Part shown: positions 16,151 to 23,770 of the stretch, piece after piece
How positions within the stretch are numbered: the stretch's first letter is position 1
How the letters are laid out: every line of letters begins with the position of its first letter
Source: Patescibacteria group bacterium
Lineage (GTDB): Bacteria > Patescibacteriota > Gracilibacteria > UBA1369
Direction: 5' to 3'
Assembly (NCBI GenBank): GCA_018825335.1
Contig: JAHJEW010000051.1
Coordinates: forward strand, 1 to 59,578
DNA: 59,578 nucleotides
The notes under the pieces: generated by a model
What the model saw: only the letters and a program-made list of their open reading frames with translations
Databases searched by the model: none
What the model was told of the DNA's origin: nothing
Position numbers and translations under genes: made by a program

Positions 16151-17809
16151 ATGTCGCATCCAAAACAAATCTGCAAGCAATGCAAAACGCAGTTTGAGGT
16201 TATTCCAAAAGACCTGGAGTTTTACAAGAAAATGAATGTGCCGGCCCCGGCGCATTGTCCAGATTGCAGAGTGCAAATGCGCTTGGCATGGCGTAACGAA
16301 AGAAGGCTTTTTACGCGAAAATGCGACCTGTCCGGCAAACAAACAATCTCTTTCTATCCACAAAATTCTCAATATAAAGTATATGCCCAGGACGTCTGGT
16401 GGTCAGACAAATGGGACGGCAAAGACTACGGCCGCGATTTCGATTTCAACAGACCATTTTTCGACCAGTTCGCAGAGCTTCTTGCAGACGTCCCCCACAT
16501 GGCAATGGTAATTTCACACGGAGAAAACAGCGATTATTGCCCTTACGCCGTTTATTACAAAAACAGCTACATGTGCGTTTCAGGAGTAAAAGGAGAAGAT
16601 ATATATTATTCATTCTGGACCAACGACAGCCGCAGCTGCACCGATTGTTATGCCTGCTTTGAATCCGAACTTTGCTACGAATGCGTTCAATGCATCAACT
16701 TATACAACTCATTTTTCTGTAAAGACTGCGACAATTCAAACGACCTGGCTTTTTGCGTAAATTGCGACGGATGCAAGAACTGCATAGGCTGCTACGGGCT
16801 TAGGCATAAGGAATATTACGTGTTCAATAAAAAGGTTACGCCGCAGGAGTATGAAAAAATCAACAAAGAAATACGCGAAAGTCCGGAGGCGCTTCTGGAA
16901 ATGAAGGCCAAATTTCAGCAACATCTATTAAACTACCCCCAGCGCGCACTCCAGATGGTCAATACAGAAAACTGCACAGGGGACTACCTGCTAAATTGCA
17001 GAAACAGCCATGACTGCTACCTTTCCGAAGGCCTGGAAGACTGCGCCTACATGTGGAATATTCCGGACGGATGCAAAGATTGTATGGATTTAAACTTCTC
17101 TCCAAAAAGTGAACTTACCTATAACAGCATAAGCACGGTCAATGGATCTAATTGCCTTGTCGCCCCTTTCTGCTGGGATACAAAGGATTCATTTTACTCC
17201 TTTCAGTGTTTCTACTCAGGGAATCTGCTTGGTTGTGTTGGATTAAAAAAAGAAAAATATTGCATCTTAAACAAGCAATATTCAAAGGAGGAATACAACA
17301 GGCTGGTGCCAAGAATCATTGAACATATGAAGAAAACAAATGAATGGGGCGAATTTTTCCCGATGGAAATAAGCCCATTTGGTTACAATGAAACAATCGC
17401 GCAGGACTATTTCCCACTTTTAAAACATGAAGTTAAGAAGCGCGGATGGCGCTGGTCGGATGAACAGCCATCGGTACCGAAAGTGGAAAAAACAATAATA
17501 GCGGCTCAAATACCGGCAAACATAAAAGATGTCCCGGACGACATTGTAAATTGGGCCATATTGTGTGAAGAAAGCGGAAAACCGTTCAGAATAATTCCGC
17601 AGGAACTGACATTTTATAGAAAAATGGGATTACCCATTCCGCGCCGCCACCCGAACCTGCGCCACGCGCAAAGGCAGGCGTCGCTAAACCCACGCCATCT
17701 GTTCAACCGAAATTGCGACAAATGCGGCGCGCCCATGCAAACGACCTTCGCCCCCTCCCGCCCAGAAACCGTATACTGCGAAAAGTGTTACCTGAAAGAA
17801 GTATATTAA
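16151..17809 (+). CDS. Cys-rich double zinc-ribbon family paralog, copy 7
   Basis: 552 aa. The N-terminal second site is degenerate (RKCDLSGK, KVYAQDVWW). The C-terminal first site is degenerate (LCEESGK, RRHPNLRH). The tail RPETVYCEKCYLKEVY* is retained. Confidence 0.9.
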   Translation: MSHPKQICKQCKTQFEVIPKDLEFYKKMNVPAPAHCPDCRVQMRLAWRNERRLFTRKCDLSGKQTISFYPQNSQYKVYAQDVWWSDKWDGKDYGRDFDFNRPFFDQFAELLADVPHMAMVISHGENSDYCPYAVYYKNSYMCVSGVKGEDIYYSFWTNDSRSCTDCYACFESELCYECVQCINLYNSFFCKDCDNSNDLAFCVNCDGCKNCIGCYGLRHKEYYVFNKKVTPQEYEKINKEIRESPEALLEMKAKFQQHLLNYPQRALQMVNTENCTGDYLLNCRNSHDCYLSEGLEDCAYMWNIPDGCKDCMDLNFSPKSELTYNSISTVNGSNCLVAPFCWDTKDSFYSFQCFYSGNLLGCVGLKKEKYCILNKQYSKEEYNRLVPRIIEHMKKTNEWGEFFPMEISPFGYNETIAQDYFPLLKHEVKKRGWRWSDEQPSVPKVEKTIIAAQIPANIKDVPDDIVNWAILCEESGKPFRIIPQELTFYRKMGLPIPRRHPNLRHAQRQASLNPRHLFNRNCDKCGAPMQTTFAPSRPETVYCEKCYLKEVY

Positions 17810-17933
17810 AAAAACGCCCCGGAAAGCCTTCCGAAGAGTTTTAACAGGGCGCAGATTACGGATTGTAATCCTTACCTCCACCACCGAAGATGTAATAAAT
17901 ACACCTCAGGACATAATTATACGGGTTGACCGG

Positions 17934-18002
17934 TGGTGGAGGCAAGGGGAGTTGAATCCCTGGTAACAGGATGATAAGCCCGTCTTCGCGCCCGCTGCCC
18001 CC
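17934..18002 (-). ncRNA. tRNA-like / tmRNA-TLD-like element (acceptor stem with G3:U70, T-arm, encoded ACCA; no normal D-arm)
   Basis: Minus-strand RNA: GGGGGCA GCGGGCGCGAAG ACGGG CUUAUCAU CCUGU UACC AGGGA UUCAACU CCCCU UGCCUCC ACCA. The 7-bp acceptor stem pairs fully, with a G:U at 3:70 and discriminator A73. The T-loop UUCAACU is identical to the E. coli tmRNA T-loop as I recall it, and the 5' GAAGACGGG resembles the tmRNA UUCGACGGG motif. Weaknesses: A53:C61 mismatch, a 12-nt D-region and an 8-nt loop. Confidence 0.45.
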
Positions 18003-18076
18003 ACCCCGTATCAGCAATAGCAAATATACAAAAGAAAGATTATGCTTTATTAAGCTGTTGATAAAATTTTTCTCAC

Positions 18077-19741
18077 ATGGAAAAAACCTGTAATCAATGC
18101 ACCGCAAAGTTCAAGGTCGACGAAAACGATCTCGCCTTCTACGATAATATCTCGCCCACCTTCGGCAACAAAAAAATCCAAATCCCTCCGCCAACCCTCT
18201 GCCCCAAATGCCGCCTGCAGCGCCGCCATGCTCGCCGCAACGAATACAATTTATACCCGCGTAGCTGTGACCTTTGCAGCAAATCCATAGTTACAATCTA
18301 CCACCCGGCGGCGCCCTTCACCGTCTATTGCAATAATTGCTGGTGGAGCGACAAATGGGAGGGCGCGGACTACGGCATCGACTACGACGAATCCATACCT
18401 TTCTTCGACCAATTCCAAAACCTTCAAAAAAAAGTCCCGCGCATGGCAATCTGGAACCACGCCTGCGAAAACAGTGACTACACAAATCACTCATCCAATC
18501 TAAAAAACTGCTACCTAGCAACCTGCGCGATCTACAGCGAAAACATCTACCACTCGCGCTGGGTAATAAGATGCAAAGACCTCTGCGACTGCTACCAAAT
18601 GATTAGCTCGGAACTTTGTTACGAAACGTCATACACTCATGGATACAAAATCATTAACGGCTATTTTGCGGACAGCCGCGACTGCACCTTTGTTTACGAC
18701 TGCAAAAGCTGCTCAAATTGCTTTATGTGCTGGAATCTTCGTCACAAAGAGTACTGTATAGAAAACAAACAATATTCAAAGGAAGAGTACGAAAAAATTA
18801 TGGCCGGAATAAATATTGGTTCATACAGCCAATATCAAAAATACAAAAAGCAATATCTGGAAATTGTCAGAACCAACGTTATCAAGCAAGGTGCAAGACT
18901 AACCATGTGCGAAAACAGCAGCGGCGAACTCCTATACAAATGTAAAAATGTCCAAGATTCATACGGCTGCGTAGAATCCCGCGATTGCCGTCATTCCCAC
19001 GAAAGCGAAGACCTAAAAGACTGCTACGACACCTGCGAAACTGCGTCCAATTGCGAGCTGCAATATGAAACCAGCGGATGCGATCACTCCAATAATGTCA
19101 TATGCTCAAGTCGTTCCTCCAATGTAAGCGGCGCTTTCTACACCGAAGGATGCAGCAATGGCGGAAACCTCTTTGGCTGTATTGGACTTAACCGGAAAAA
19201 CCACTGCATCCTGAACAAACAATACACAAAAGAAGGGTACCAAAAACTGGCGGCAAAAATCGCCCAAAACATGCAAAAAAACAATGAATGGGGCGAATTT
19301 TTCCCAATTTCAACCTCCCCCTTTGCCTACAACGAAACCACTGCCCATGAAGACTTCCAAATAACAAAAAAACAGGCAAAACAAAACGGCTGGCAATGGC
19401 TGGAAGTCGACCACAAACAATACCTCCTTCAAACCTGCACCCTCCCCGACGACATCAAAGATACGCCGGATTCCATCACCAAAGAAATCCTCGCTTGCCC
19501 ATGCGGCAAAAACTACAAAATCGTCCTACCCGAACTGGAATTTTACAGAAAAATGAACCTGCCAATCCCCCGAAAATGCCCGCAGTGCAGACGAAAAGAC
19601 CGCAAAAAATTGCGTCCGTCCCTTTTCACGCAAACCACAATAAAATGCCAAAAATGCGCCCGGCCAACCATAACCGGCCTAAATCCCGACTACCCGGGCA
19701 TAACCTACTGCGAAAAATGCTATCTTAAAGCGGTGTATTAA
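18077..19741 (+). CDS. Cys-rich double zinc-ribbon family paralog, copy 8 (more divergent core)
   Basis: 554 aa. The N-terminal module is intact (CNQCTAKF..LCPKCRLQRR..RSCDLCSK..VYCNNCWWSDKW). The tail is ITYCEKCYLKAVY*. Confidence 0.9.
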   Translation: MEKTCNQCTAKFKVDENDLAFYDNISPTFGNKKIQIPPPTLCPKCRLQRRHARRNEYNLYPRSCDLCSKSIVTIYHPAAPFTVYCNNCWWSDKWEGADYGIDYDESIPFFDQFQNLQKKVPRMAIWNHACENSDYTNHSSNLKNCYLATCAIYSENIYHSRWVIRCKDLCDCYQMISSELCYETSYTHGYKIINGYFADSRDCTFVYDCKSCSNCFMCWNLRHKEYCIENKQYSKEEYEKIMAGINIGSYSQYQKYKKQYLEIVRTNVIKQGARLTMCENSSGELLYKCKNVQDSYGCVESRDCRHSHESEDLKDCYDTCETASNCELQYETSGCDHSNNVICSSRSSNVSGAFYTEGCSNGGNLFGCIGLNRKNHCILNKQYTKEGYQKLAAKIAQNMQKNNEWGEFFPISTSPFAYNETTAHEDFQITKKQAKQNGWQWLEVDHKQYLLQTCTLPDDIKDTPDSITKEILACPCGKNYKIVLPELEFYRKMNLPIPRKCPQCRRKDRKKLRPSLFTQTTIKCQKCARPTITGLNPDYPGITYCEKCYLKAVY

Positions 19742-19742
19742 C

Positions 19743-19757
19743 CAACAAGCGTTGTTG
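19743..19757. repeat. boundary hairpin motif, copy 4 (CAACAAGCGTTGTTG)
   Basis: Starts 2 nt after the TAA of paralog copy 8. Perfect 6-bp stem with a GCG loop. Confidence 0.7.
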
Positions 19758-19812
19758 TCGACCTACGCACACCACAATTTACGAAAGCTGACAAGTGTGG
19801 TAAAATAATAAC

Positions 19813-22050
19813 ATGGAATTCTTGCATGTCATTGTTCCGCAGGGAACGCCGGATAATCCGAAAAAAGAGAACCTGTTTCTCCACTTTTTGAATAACCTCC
19901 ATAACACCGCCAAGGGTAAAATTTTTTCCCTGGAAATGTTCGGCTACAAGCAGTACACATACTTTTTTGTAGGATGCAACGCCGAAGACGTAAAACTGAT
20001 TGAAGGGCTTATATACAGCATTTACCCCGAATGCGAAATTAAACCGCAAAAAGATTACACCACCTATTTAAACGCGCAGACCCACGTAATAAAAGGCACA
20101 TCGCTTCACATGGAAAGAAGCGACATCTACCCGATCCAGACTTTCGAAACATTCGACGTGGACTCACTTTCCGGCATATTCTCGGTGATTTCAAAAATGA
20201 ACCCCAATGACAGGGCCTGGATTCAGATCCTTACCTCACCCCGTACCGACAACTGGATCTACCATTTCAAGCGAACATGGAGAATGAAAATCAATAAAAT
20301 AAAAAGGATTTTTCGTTTGAAGGATTACGTGCGTCTCAAAGGCAAAAAAACATTTCACAAGGAAGAAGACACCTCTTTCGTGACCAAGACGGAAAGCAAC
20401 CCTTTTGAAATCCAGATAAAAATCGGGGCCGTTTCCGGTAATGCCGCCGAAGCCGAAAGGAACGTTCAGGCGCTTGCCAAAGCCTTTTATCAGTTCAATA
20501 AAACTGATGCGAACGGGTTTGTCATGGAAAGAATCAGAGGAGGTGAAAACTTTCTGAACGAATATCGGAGACGAAAAATAAACAGGCCCGCCATAGTCGG
20601 CGCCAACGAACTGGCCACCTTGTATCATTATCCAAATCCGGACCATGTACCCCATGTAGTGCATGTACTGGCCAAAAGGCACGAGCCGCCAAAGAACCTG
20701 CCAACCCAGGGCGAAGGAATTTCCATGTTTGGGATTACAAACTACCACAACACTTTTCAGCAGTTTGGGATCCAGAGAGAAGATCGCAGGCGACACCTTT
20801 ACGTTGTTGGAAAGAGCGGTACCGGTAAGTCGAAACTGCTTGAGTTGCTCATACAAAATGACATCAACGAAGGGCACGGGATAGCGGTCCTTGACCCTCA
20901 CGGTGACCTTGTGGACAACATTATCCGCATGATCCCGGAGCATCGAATTAAAGACGTAATCCTGTTCGACCCCGGCGATACCGAATTCCCGATCGCATTC
21001 AATCCGCTCGAAAAAGTGGACGAAAAATTCAAGATGCAAATAACAATCGGATTCATAGATATCTTTAAAAAACTTTTTGGCGACAACTGGTCAGACAGGC
21101 TGGAACACGTACTTAGGTACACCACTTTGGCGCTTCTGGACTCGCCAAACACATCGGTGCTTTCCATCCTGAAAATGCTTACCGACAAGAATTATCGCCA
21201 AACAATTGTAGCCCGCATTCAGGATTCGGTGGTTAAAAACTTCTGGGTAAACGAATTTGCCGGATGGAGCGAAAAATTCGATGCGGAAGCAATTACGCCG
21301 CTGTTAAACAAAGTCGGCCAACTGGTTTCCACCAACATGATCCGCAATATGATAGGACAGCCGAAGAACAGTTTTGATATTCGCGATGTCATGGATAACC
21401 AGAAAATCCTGCTCATGAAAGTTTCAAAAGGACTTCTCGGAGAGGAAAACTCGCAGCTTATAGGATCGATGATTATTACCAAGATTTACCAGGCCGCCAT
21501 GGCCAGGGCGGATATTAAGGAAGAACAGCGAAAAGATTTCTATTTCTACGTAGACGAATTCCAAAACTTCGCGACCGACACATTTTCGGAAATCCTTTCA
21601 GAAGCCAGAAAATACCATCTTTGCATGACCATTGCGCATCAGTATGTTGGACAGCTTGGCGACGTAATCAAGAAAACGGTTTTCGGTAATGTGGGTTCGA
21701 TAATTAATTTCAGGGTGGGAGCGGAAGATGCGGTTGTGCTGGCCGAGGAATACACGCCGGTATTTAGCGTGCGGGACATTATCAACCTTGGCGTTCGTGA
21801 ATTTTATTTAAAGATGAGTATTGGTGGAGAGCTTAGTGAAGCCTTTTCCGGCCGTACAATGGACATGACTTTACCCGACTACGATCACAGCGCGGAGATT
21901 TTCGAACAGTCGCGGGAAAAATACTGCACGCCAAAAGACAAGGTGGAAGAAATGCTGAAAAAATGGGACGAAGGAAGCGCAGAGCCGCCGCCGAAAGATA
22001 TTAATCAGGTAATAAAACAGGCCGAGGAATTCGAAACTCCGCTAATATAG
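19813..22050 (+). CDS. VirD4/TraD/TrwB-like (type IV coupling protein-like) or HerA-like P-loop ATPase
   Basis: 745 aa. Walker A is YVVGKSGTGKSKLL, followed by AVLDPHGDL. Walker B-like motif is FYFYVDEFQNF, then ARKYHLCMTIAHQ. I did not identify other T4SS components in the window. Confidence 0.65.
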   Translation: MEFLHVIVPQGTPDNPKKENLFLHFLNNLHNTAKGKIFSLEMFGYKQYTYFFVGCNAEDVKLIEGLIYSIYPECEIKPQKDYTTYLNAQTHVIKGTSLHMERSDIYPIQTFETFDVDSLSGIFSVISKMNPNDRAWIQILTSPRTDNWIYHFKRTWRMKINKIKRIFRLKDYVRLKGKKTFHKEEDTSFVTKTESNPFEIQIKIGAVSGNAAEAERNVQALAKAFYQFNKTDANGFVMERIRGGENFLNEYRRRKINRPAIVGANELATLYHYPNPDHVPHVVHVLAKRHEPPKNLPTQGEGISMFGITNYHNTFQQFGIQREDRRRHLYVVGKSGTGKSKLLELLIQNDINEGHGIAVLDPHGDLVDNIIRMIPEHRIKDVILFDPGDTEFPIAFNPLEKVDEKFKMQITIGFIDIFKKLFGDNWSDRLEHVLRYTTLALLDSPNTSVLSILKMLTDKNYRQTIVARIQDSVVKNFWVNEFAGWSEKFDAEAITPLLNKVGQLVSTNMIRNMIGQPKNSFDIRDVMDNQKILLMKVSKGLLGEENSQLIGSMIITKIYQAAMARADIKEEQRKDFYFYVDEFQNFATDTFSEILSEARKYHLCMTIAHQYVGQLGDVIKKTVFGNVGSIINFRVGAEDAVVLAEEYTPVFSVRDIINLGVREFYLKMSIGGELSEAFSGRTMDMTLPDYDHSAEIFEQSREKYCTPKDKVEEMLKKWDEGSAEPPPKDINQVIKQAEEFETPLI

Positions 22051-22065
22051 CGACAAGCGTTGTCG
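22051..22065. repeat. boundary hairpin motif, copy 5 (CGACAAGCGTTGTCG)
   Basis: It fills almost the whole 17-nt gap between the TAG of the VirD4-like gene and the stop of the convergent paralog copy 9. Confidence 0.7.
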
Positions 22066-22067
22066 GC

Positions 22068-23729
22068 TCAATACACATCTTTCAGATAGCACTTTTCGCA
22101 AAGAATTCTGAATTTTACCGCGTCATAAGTGGTTGAAATATTTACCCCGCACTTACTGCATTTTTCATCATGTAGTTCATTCACGGCCAGAACGCCTGAA
22201 CGTTCTTCCAGCCTTTTCATGGGAGATACATGCGGAATCGGGAAGTTATTTTTCCTGTAAAAGTCCAGCTCCTGTTTAATAATTTTAAACTTTCTTCCGG
22301 TTTTTTCACACTTAAGTTCCGTTTCCAGAATATCATCTTTAACATCTTTAATATTATCGGGAACCTTATATGAAGGCACGAAATCCGGCGCTTCTTTTTC
22401 TTCCGCCCACCTGTAACCTTTCTTCACGGCATCTTCTTTTGTCAGCGGAAAAAATAAATTATCCTCACTTTCATTGTAATAATTCGGGGACATCGACTTG
22501 GGGAAAAACTGACCATATTCACCATTTTCCATCATCTGCTTTTTAATCCGCCGAACCATGTCGAAATAATCTTCTTTTGAATACTGTTTATTTAAAATGC
22601 AATATTGCTTTCGCTTCAATCCAACGCACCCAAAGCAATTGCCCGATCCATGCGTAACAAACATGCAGTATTCAAGGTCATGCACATCCGGCCAGGCTTC
22701 ATTGCAGAACTTAATATTATAGGCGTTATCCCCGACGGTGATTGAGTTATAAACAAGCTCGGAATTATTCCCGAACATCGCCTGGACAAAGCTGGATTTC
22801 GCGTCGGTAAGCCAGATGCAGTTCTCCATGTCTTCCGTATTTTGCATCAAATAAGAATCACGCGTGTTCTTAACATTAAACATATTATTACCGGTCGAAT
22901 TCTCAATGTTCTTACCGAAAATATTTTTGATCGGAAAATCTTTACTGAAATTCCTGAATTTCTTCAGCTCGCTCTGCACAACCTTATAACTCCCAAGGTC
23001 AATTCCGGCTATCTTTTTTTTGTAATCCTCTTTTGATAACTGCTTGTTGTAAAAACAGTACTCCTTGTTCCTCAAATTCACGCATCCAAAGCAGTTTGAA
23101 CAGGCCTGACAATTGTAAAGAAAATAAGAATCGCTGCATCCAAAACACTGCTCTGAAAAATGCAGATTATAACCCTGGTTAACATTAACACACTCATAAC
23201 AAAACTCGGAATTGGTCACAAGTGTGCTATCAACAACATTATTACAGCTATTCAAATAGCTGGAAAACATACAATCTTCATTAAAAGACGCGCTAAAAAG
23301 AAGATAACAATTCTTCGCCTTTGTAATCCCGTTCGTATAATCACTATTCTCCATAAGACTCTTATTCAGGGCCAGATTCGGCCACGGAACGTTCTTTGCA
23401 AGAACCGCAAACTGCTTGAAAAAAGACTTGGTAAAATCATACTCCATGGCATAGTCCGCGCCGTCCCACTCATCCGACTCCCAAATCCCAATATCATAGA
23501 CTTTTTGTCCCGATTCGGGAGGTACGCAACTTAAAATCGGCTTCCGTGAAAAATCACATTTTGTATGATACAAATACAGGCGATTCCTGAAATAAAGCAT
23601 GTGACGAAGCCGTTCATGCGGATGGATTACCGGTAAAGGAATGCCATTTTCGCGACAATACTCCTGCTCCGCAACGGAAATAACAAAGCTCTTTCCTGTT
23701 TCAATGCACGTTTTCTGTATTGGATTCAT
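22068..23729 (-). CDS. Cys-rich family paralog, copy 9 (divergent; start refined to internal Met)
   Basis: MNPIQKTCIETGKSF from the ATG at 23729 removes the overlap with the divergent dGTPase-like gene. Family motifs are present (WESDEWDG, YDFTKSFFKQF, GLKRKQYCILNKQYSKEDY, GEYGQFFP, tail ILCEKCYLKDVY*). Several zinc ligands are replaced (IHPHERLRH, HVSPMKRL). Confidence 0.85.
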   Translation of the reverse strand: MNPIQKTCIETGKSFVISVAEQEYCRENGIPLPVIHPHERLRHMLYFRNRLYLYHTKCDFSRKPILSCVPPESGQKVYDIGIWESDEWDGADYAMEYDFTKSFFKQFAVLAKNVPWPNLALNKSLMENSDYTNGITKAKNCYLLFSASFNEDCMFSSYLNSCNNVVDSTLVTNSEFCYECVNVNQGYNLHFSEQCFGCSDSYFLYNCQACSNCFGCVNLRNKEYCFYNKQLSKEDYKKKIAGIDLGSYKVVQSELKKFRNFSKDFPIKNIFGKNIENSTGNNMFNVKNTRDSYLMQNTEDMENCIWLTDAKSSFVQAMFGNNSELVYNSITVGDNAYNIKFCNEAWPDVHDLEYCMFVTHGSGNCFGCVGLKRKQYCILNKQYSKEDYFDMVRRIKKQMMENGEYGQFFPKSMSPNYYNESEDNLFFPLTKEDAVKKGYRWAEEKEAPDFVPSYKVPDNIKDVKDDILETELKCEKTGRKFKIIKQELDFYRKNNFPIPHVSPMKRLEERSGVLAVNELHDEKCSKCGVNISTTYDAVKFRILCEKCYLKDVY

Positions 23730-23770
23730 GGGCGGCGTATGTATAATCAAAACGCAATTACTATACATCA

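Noticed and set aside
17812-18002. Complete one-piece or circularly permuted two-piece tmRNA gene
   Set aside because: Only about 190 nt are available before the flanking genes. I found no plausible resume codon or tag reading frame ending in an Ala-rich or hydrophobic tail, and no pseudoknot-sized segments. I kept only the weaker claim of a TLD-like element.
17934-18010. SRP (4.5S) RNA, considered because of CCUGUUACCAGG and a CCCCCACCC-like end
   Set aside because: It lacks the conserved GGAA tetraloop and the AGCAGC motif of SRP helix 8. The termini do not pair as in 4.5S RNA.
17856-18107. 83-aa minus-strand ORF in the long spacer of the array
   Set aside because: Its translation is Gly/Pro/Leu runs produced by the GC-rich structured region, and it overlaps the start of paralog copy 8. 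The region is better explained by the tRNA-like element and inverted repeat.
11150-19741. Paralogs as secreted CxxC-rich surface antigens (by analogy with eukaryotic variant surface proteins)
   Set aside because: No copy has a signal peptide, lipobox, TM segment or SLH or other anchoring domain. The analogy is retained only as a structural comparison.
20236-21039. 267-aa minus-strand ORF
   Set aside because: It is fully antisense to the VirD4-like ATPase gene, which has clear Walker motifs. It shows no independent coding signal.
4498-22065. CRISPR array, considered for the recurring 15-nt palindrome and for the heptamer tract at 29350-29405
   Set aside because: The palindrome copies are separated by whole genes (kilobases) rather than 25-50 nt spacers. 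The heptamers are contiguous with no spacers. No cas genes are present.
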